From: Candidatus Heimdallarchaeota archaeon
GTDB lineage: Archaea > Asgardarchaeota > Heimdallarchaeia > Heimdallarchaeales > Heimdallarchaeaceae
Assembly: GCA_030603365.1 (NCBI GenBank)
Contig: JAUVXV010000013.1
Location: 68,330 to 132,329, forward strand
DNA length: 64,000 nucleotides
Reading direction: 5' to 3'
Below are positions 59,444 to 64,000 of this stretch, one piece after another. The notes under the pieces are model-generated. The model was not told the origin of the DNA. It saw only the letters and a list, made by a program, of their open reading frames with translations, and made no database searches. Both the position numbers and the translations under genes were made by a program. Within the stretch, counting starts at the first letter, position 1. Every line of letters begins with the position of its first letter.

Positions 59444-60358
59444 CTAAAATTTAACACCAGTTAGTTTTTCTGATAATTCCCATAATTTTTTTGCATCTTT
59501 TTCATCGTGTGAGGCTTCGTTAGATTCTACTTTAATAGGATAACCTCTTTGTTCATTACGTCCTCTTGGACCGTAGTAATCGCTGCCTTTAACTTCTGGA
59601 TCAACAGATGCACGAATTGTGGGAAGCGCACCTTTAGCTGCACTTTGCATAAAGAACCCAAATAAACCCTTCAATATTGGTGCAAACCACCCCATCATAT
59701 GGTCAGCTAAACTTGTATTTGACATACCAGGATGTGCTGCGACAGAAATTGCATTAACATCTGCTTTTTTGAATCTCTTATCCAATTCATAAGTAAACAA
59801 AAGATTAGCTAGCTTCGAATTTCCATAAGCTTTCATTCTTGAATATTCTTTGCTCTCCTCATACATGAAATTATCAAAATCCATCTCTCCAAATCTGTGG
59901 CCATTACTACTCACATTCACTACTCGTGAGCCTTCTGTTTTCATAAGTAAATCATATAATAGTCCAGTTAAAGCAAAGTGTCCAATATGGTTTGTGCCTA
60001 TCTGACTCTCGAATCCATCTACTGTTTTTTGATAAGGTACCATCATTATTCCTGCATTATTCACAAGCACATCCAAACGATCATATTTTTCCTTGAATTC
60101 AGAAGCAAATTTATTCACAGACTCCAAATTTGCTAAATCAAGTTGCATAATTTCAATATAAGAATCAGGGATTTCTTTTTTAATTTTAGATAAAGCTTTC
60201 TTTGCCTTCTCTAAATTACGACTAGCTAGAATGGTCTTCGCACCCTTAAGTGCAAATTCTTTAGCAGCTTCAAAACCTATACCACTGTTTGCACCTGTAA
60301 CAATGAAAACCTTACCAGAAAGATTTGGTACATTCTTGGTTGTCCATTTTTCACTCAT
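59444..60358 (-). CDS. SDR oxidoreductase (retinol dehydrogenase-like)
   Basis: TGANSGIG, NNAG, VNVSS, YGNSK, HPG. Confidence 0.95.
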   Translation of the reverse strand: MSEKWTTKNVPNLSGKVFIVTGANSGIGFEAAKEFALKGAKTILASRNLEKAKKALSKIKKEIPDSYIEIMQLDLANLESVNKFASEFKEKYDRLDVLVNNAGIMMVPYQKTVDGFESQIGTNHIGHFALTGLLYDLLMKTEGSRVVNVSSNGHRFGEMDFDNFMYEESKEYSRMKAYGNSKLANLLFTYELDKRFKKADVNAISVAAHPGMSNTSLADHMMGWFAPILKGLFGFFMQSAAKGALPTIRASVDPEVKGSDYYGPRGRNEQRGYPIKVESNEASHDEKDAKKLWELSEKLTGVKF

Positions 60359-60467
60359 TTTGATTATCTCCTACATTTCCATTTGTTGTAGTTATAAAAA
60401 ATTGTTAAAATCACAGATTTTTAAATATGTCTTCTAAACAAAAATAAAAGAAAAGGAGGAAAATCTA

Positions 60468-62171
60468 TTATTTTCCTTTTAAGTTAGGTAACTTTATTTT
60501 TCCTTTCTTAACGAGAATGAAGACAGTTACTCCTGCAGCTAGACCAATTCCGAATACTAATCCTAGTATAAGTGCTAGAACTCTACCTCTTCCTGGATAA
60601 TCCTTTGGATTCAAAGGATCAGTCCCTTCTTGGATTTCCTCATAATCTGAAAAACCATCACCATCGCTGTCAGCATCGAATGGATTTGTATGATATACTA
60701 ATACTTCCTCGATTTCGGTTAAATTGTCTCCATCTATGTCTATGAATGGATATAGATCTGCATTTCCCCCATCACCCTCTATTGCATAAGTTCCTGTTTC
60801 ATTCCAGTTTGACCAAAAGTTTCCAATTTCTGAAGCTGCATCATACCACATTATATTTGTCGTTGACCAATCTTCTGCTAGATGAGCTGTTTGATTTCCT
60901 GTGCTAATAAAGACATTATAAAATACAGTCATATTTTCTGATGACCAGATCACTATGGGTATTTCACTCCCTTCATCTTGTATTAAACAGGTTATGATAT
61001 TGAAGTTTATATCTACGTTACTCATCTCTTCTAAGTAAAGTCCATATTCAAGCATATTTACCATAGTATTATTATTTATCTGAACATTATTCATATCAAT
61101 AAAGTCCAAACCATATTCAAAATCAGTTATATAGTTGTTTTGAATAATACTGTTATTTACCCCTTCAAATTGCATTCCGTCACGGTACCCTTCAAAGCTG
61201 GAATCTTCTATCAATATTTCTTCAACATTTTCTGCATAAATCCCATTGTTACCTTTCACTTCCACATTTCTTATAGAAATATCGGTACAATTATAGACTT
61301 GTATTCCTAAATTAACATCAAAAAAAGAATGGTCTTCTATTAGTACGTTAGTTGAGTTAACTAGATATATTTGTCCATATTGGTCACCAGTTATAGTTTC
61401 ATCATTTTGATTGTATAAGAATCCAAAAGGTTTGCCATTGATAATATTGTTTTCAAATGTATTATTCAAAATATATTCAATTTCATCATCAGAGAAATAG
61501 AATCCTGTACTGTGAAGGATGTTGTCTCTAAATGTGGTGTTTGTAATGCGATTTATTCTAATCGATGAAGAATTTCCATAAAAAATATTGTCCTCTACAA
61601 TATTGTTTTCATCTGTTATTCGAAGAATTGAGCCTGAGTAATCGCTTGTGAAATAAACTACGTTGTTGGTAAATTTCACCCCCTCTCTAAAATTAGCACT
61701 CTGTCTTGCTTTAAGCGTATTATTGTGAATAGTTAGATATAAAGCGTTAGCTCCTCCAATTGATAAGGCACCTTCGACTGTACAGTTGATAACAGAAGCT
61801 TTTCCTATCATAGCATCATGAAAGTAAACCCCATAAGTTGAACCTTTCAGATGAGAGTCACGGAGAACATAGTAGGTTGAAGGAGAAACACCTTTAAAAT
61901 CAACCGCTAGTGAGTCTGTAGTATCTATCATTAGATTGTCAATGATGTATGGATCATCTACTGAACCTATTCCTGAGGAACTATATGATGCTATGTTTGT
62001 ATCGTTAATTACGATTCCAACTGTTGTAAATAGCTTTATTTCGGATTTCTGTTCATTTTCAACTATACTTCCAATATTTCCATTACTCAAAAGTGGAATT
62101 AATAGAATGGAAACAAGAAGAATAGTTAAGCAAACTTTTATGGTTAGTTTATATTTCTTATAGCTTGTCAT
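60468..62171 (-). CDS. Parallel beta-helix surface protein with DSDGDG repeats, copy 2
   Basis: Colinear paralogue of 53069..54835. Confidence 0.88.
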   Translation of the reverse strand: MTSYKKYKLTIKVCLTILLVSILLIPLLSNGNIGSIVENEQKSEIKLFTTVGIVINDTNIASYSSSGIGSVDDPYIIDNLMIDTTDSLAVDFKGVSPSTYYVLRDSHLKGSTYGVYFHDAMIGKASVINCTVEGALSIGGANALYLTIHNNTLKARQSANFREGVKFTNNVVYFTSDYSGSILRITDENNIVEDNIFYGNSSSIRINRITNTTFRDNILHSTGFYFSDDEIEYILNNTFENNIINGKPFGFLYNQNDETITGDQYGQIYLVNSTNVLIEDHSFFDVNLGIQVYNCTDISIRNVEVKGNNGIYAENVEEILIEDSSFEGYRDGMQFEGVNNSIIQNNYITDFEYGLDFIDMNNVQINNNTMVNMLEYGLYLEEMSNVDINFNIITCLIQDEGSEIPIVIWSSENMTVFYNVFISTGNQTAHLAEDWSTTNIMWYDAASEIGNFWSNWNETGTYAIEGDGGNADLYPFIDIDGDNLTEIEEVLVYHTNPFDADSDGDGFSDYEEIQEGTDPLNPKDYPGRGRVLALILGLVFGIGLAAGVTVFILVKKGKIKLPNLKGK

Positions 62172-62520
62172 TTTATGAGCAAAATTTCTGTTATTTAGTT
62201 CTTAACCTTTGTGTTAATTTTTTCCGTATGATTAATTCAAAAATTGCGTAAAAATAGTGTTACTTCATGTTCCCTCATTTTTAGACACTTCTGCTGAATG
62301 AAATGATACAACCTTTTATTGATACTGGAATAACCTAGTGGCTAGACCATTCCAACACCTTGATGCAACCCTCAGTTGAGGAAATGAAAAAAATTGTTAA
62401 TAAAGGACCTCCTAGACCCTAATCTCATTTTAAATGTTTGTAAAAATAAAAATCATTTGCATAGCTATAAAAGTGTTCAAAGCTTCAAATCCACTACAGA
62501 AATTCAGGGGCATTATTCAT

Positions 62521-63867
62521 TTGAAAGTACTGAAAAAAAAGAAACTTCTGATATTTATTACAATTACGATTATTCTAGTTGTTACGTTAATTATAATTCC
62601 TTACCCTCCAATACGACCTAGAACTATTCCAATTGGTGATTATTCATATGCGATAAAATATACCGAGTATGAATTGGATAAACATAATCTTCCTAGTACA
62701 GCTGTAAGTCTTCTAGACGGTGACAATATTGTCTATCAGCGAGTAACAGGTTTTTCTAATATCGAAGAAGAGTATGAAGCTGATGTAAGCACTGTTTACA
62801 AAGCAGGTTCCATTTCTAAGTTATTTACAGCTATAGAAATTATGCGATTATATGAAGAAGGATTAGTAGATTTAGATGCACCTATCACAGATTATCTTCC
62901 AGATTTTTCTATAAACAGTAGATTCAATGACACAGAACCTATAACGATTAGAAATATTTTGTCTCACCATTCTGGCTTACCAAGAAATGACAATTTACCT
63001 GAATGGGCGTGGGATAATATCACTTATGTTATGAGAGATATGGTTGCTTCTTTAGAAGAATCTTATGTTGCTTATCCTGCAAATTATAGATTTAAGTACT
63101 CCAATATTGGATTTAATATACTCGGTAGGATCATAGAAGTTGTTAGAGGAGAATGGTTTGCTATTTATATGAGGGATTCTTTGTTGCACCCTATTGGAAT
63201 GACATCTAGTAGTTTTTTGTCATCGCACATACACTATCCACATAAAATTGCTGTTGGATATTATAAAGATGGTAAAAACCATGTTCCATATAATCAATAT
63301 GACATAATTGATATGGCATCAGGAGGATTATATACAACAATCGAGGATATGAATGCGTTCGCAAAGTTCATCTTCAACAAAGGAAAAGTAAATGATGTTC
63401 AGTTAATCAATGAAACAACTCTCTCTATGATGTTCAAATCTGAATTTGCTAAACCCACAGATCCTCAAAAAATTGGGTTTGGTTTCTTTTTAGATAGATC
63501 ATACTTACCAAATAATGAATAAATTGTTTTTCATGCTGGTACAAATCAAGGAACAAAGTCAATAATAGCCTTAGTTCCTGAATTGAAATTGGGTGTTACT
63601 CTGTTTTCCAACGCTGAAGAATTTGAAGATATATCGAAATCCCTAGCTTTCGAACTTGTTGAAATAATGCATGAAACCAAAACCGGAATAAAAAAACAAA
63701 GGGAAAGCTATGAAATCAGAGATATAAATCCTTCAATCCTACAAAATTATACTGGGGTTTATGCTGTTGAGGGTGATATAGCTGAAGTTTTTTTGTCTGG
63801 AGATGATCTCAAGATGAACTATTACGCACGTTATGAAACTTGGTTAAACTTACCAGAAGGCGCCTAA
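62521..63867 (+). pseudogene. Beta-lactamase-family serine hydrolase with in-frame TAA at 63520-63522; C-terminus probably cut by an insertion
   Basis: GSISK, HHSGLP and YSNIG motifs. The frame continues *IVFHAGTNQG...LGVTLFSN. N-terminal TM segment. Confidence 0.85.
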
Positions 63868-64000
63868 CCGTCGTTTAAGTGGGTCCCCTCACGTGCGTTG
63901 AGGGGAAGTTATGCAGATTTGGGTCTGCGATAGTTGGTGGAGCATCAGCACCGAGCTAGCTAGGCCCCCTGGTTCAAGGTAGGTTTACTGAGGGACAACC
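63826..64000. other. GC-rich, highly structured element of unknown class (possible mobile-element end), truncated by the window
   Basis: 86/160 G+C over 63841-64000. Nested stems 63845-63854/63978-63987, 63862-63866/63961-63965, 63885-63891/63899-63905 and 63913-63917/63924-63928. Confidence 0.55.

Noticed and set aside
21329-63522. Alternative genetic code
   Set aside because: TAA, TAG and TGA all terminate clearly complete genes, including GAA TAA endings at 58205 and 51337.
63826-64000. Definite group II intron or integron call
   Set aside because: No domain V, no GUGYG at the junction and no IntI in the window; the attC-like span is short with weak L boxes.
1-64000. CRISPR arrays, tRNA and rRNA
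   Set aside because: No regularly spaced repeats, cloverleaf or rRNA-like segments noticed by eye.

Overview
AT-rich (about 30% GC by eye) archaeal chromosomal DNA, most consistent with an Asgard archaeon of Heimdallarchaeia type. This is an inference from MptE, an HTH_10 regulator, TATA-box promoters, expanded TPR proteins and many C-terminally anchored surface proteins. I found no rRNA, tRNA, CRISPR array or transposase/integrase. The left ~17 kb is metabolic and transport: ClC, mptE, queD, NUDIX, a circularly permuted peptide-binding protein, a sulfotransferase and a dehydrogenase/EtfAB operon. The right ~28 kb is an accessory region of short genes with signs of decay. Across the window, four genes carry a single in-frame stop, two carry in-frame internal deletions, and there are truncated duplicates. 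The most striking structure is at 17.7-23.4 kb and is largely invisible in the ORF track. It holds four paralogues of an unrecognised ~125-155 aa CxxC...HxC zinc-binding family (a fifth is at 35.7 kb), interleaved with SD-led operons encoding three paralogous basic coiled-coil micropeptides and three paralogous ~50 aa single-TM micropeptides. It also contains a nested-stem RNA candidate, and four promoters carry the same TATA + ATGT-N13-ACAT palindrome. Other highlights: an AT-hook + bZIP-like protein, a KstD-type steroid dehydrogenase with intact catalytic motifs, two DEAD-box paralogues with a conserved ~125 nt leader, a secreted caspase-family protein, and a GC-rich structured element at the right edge.
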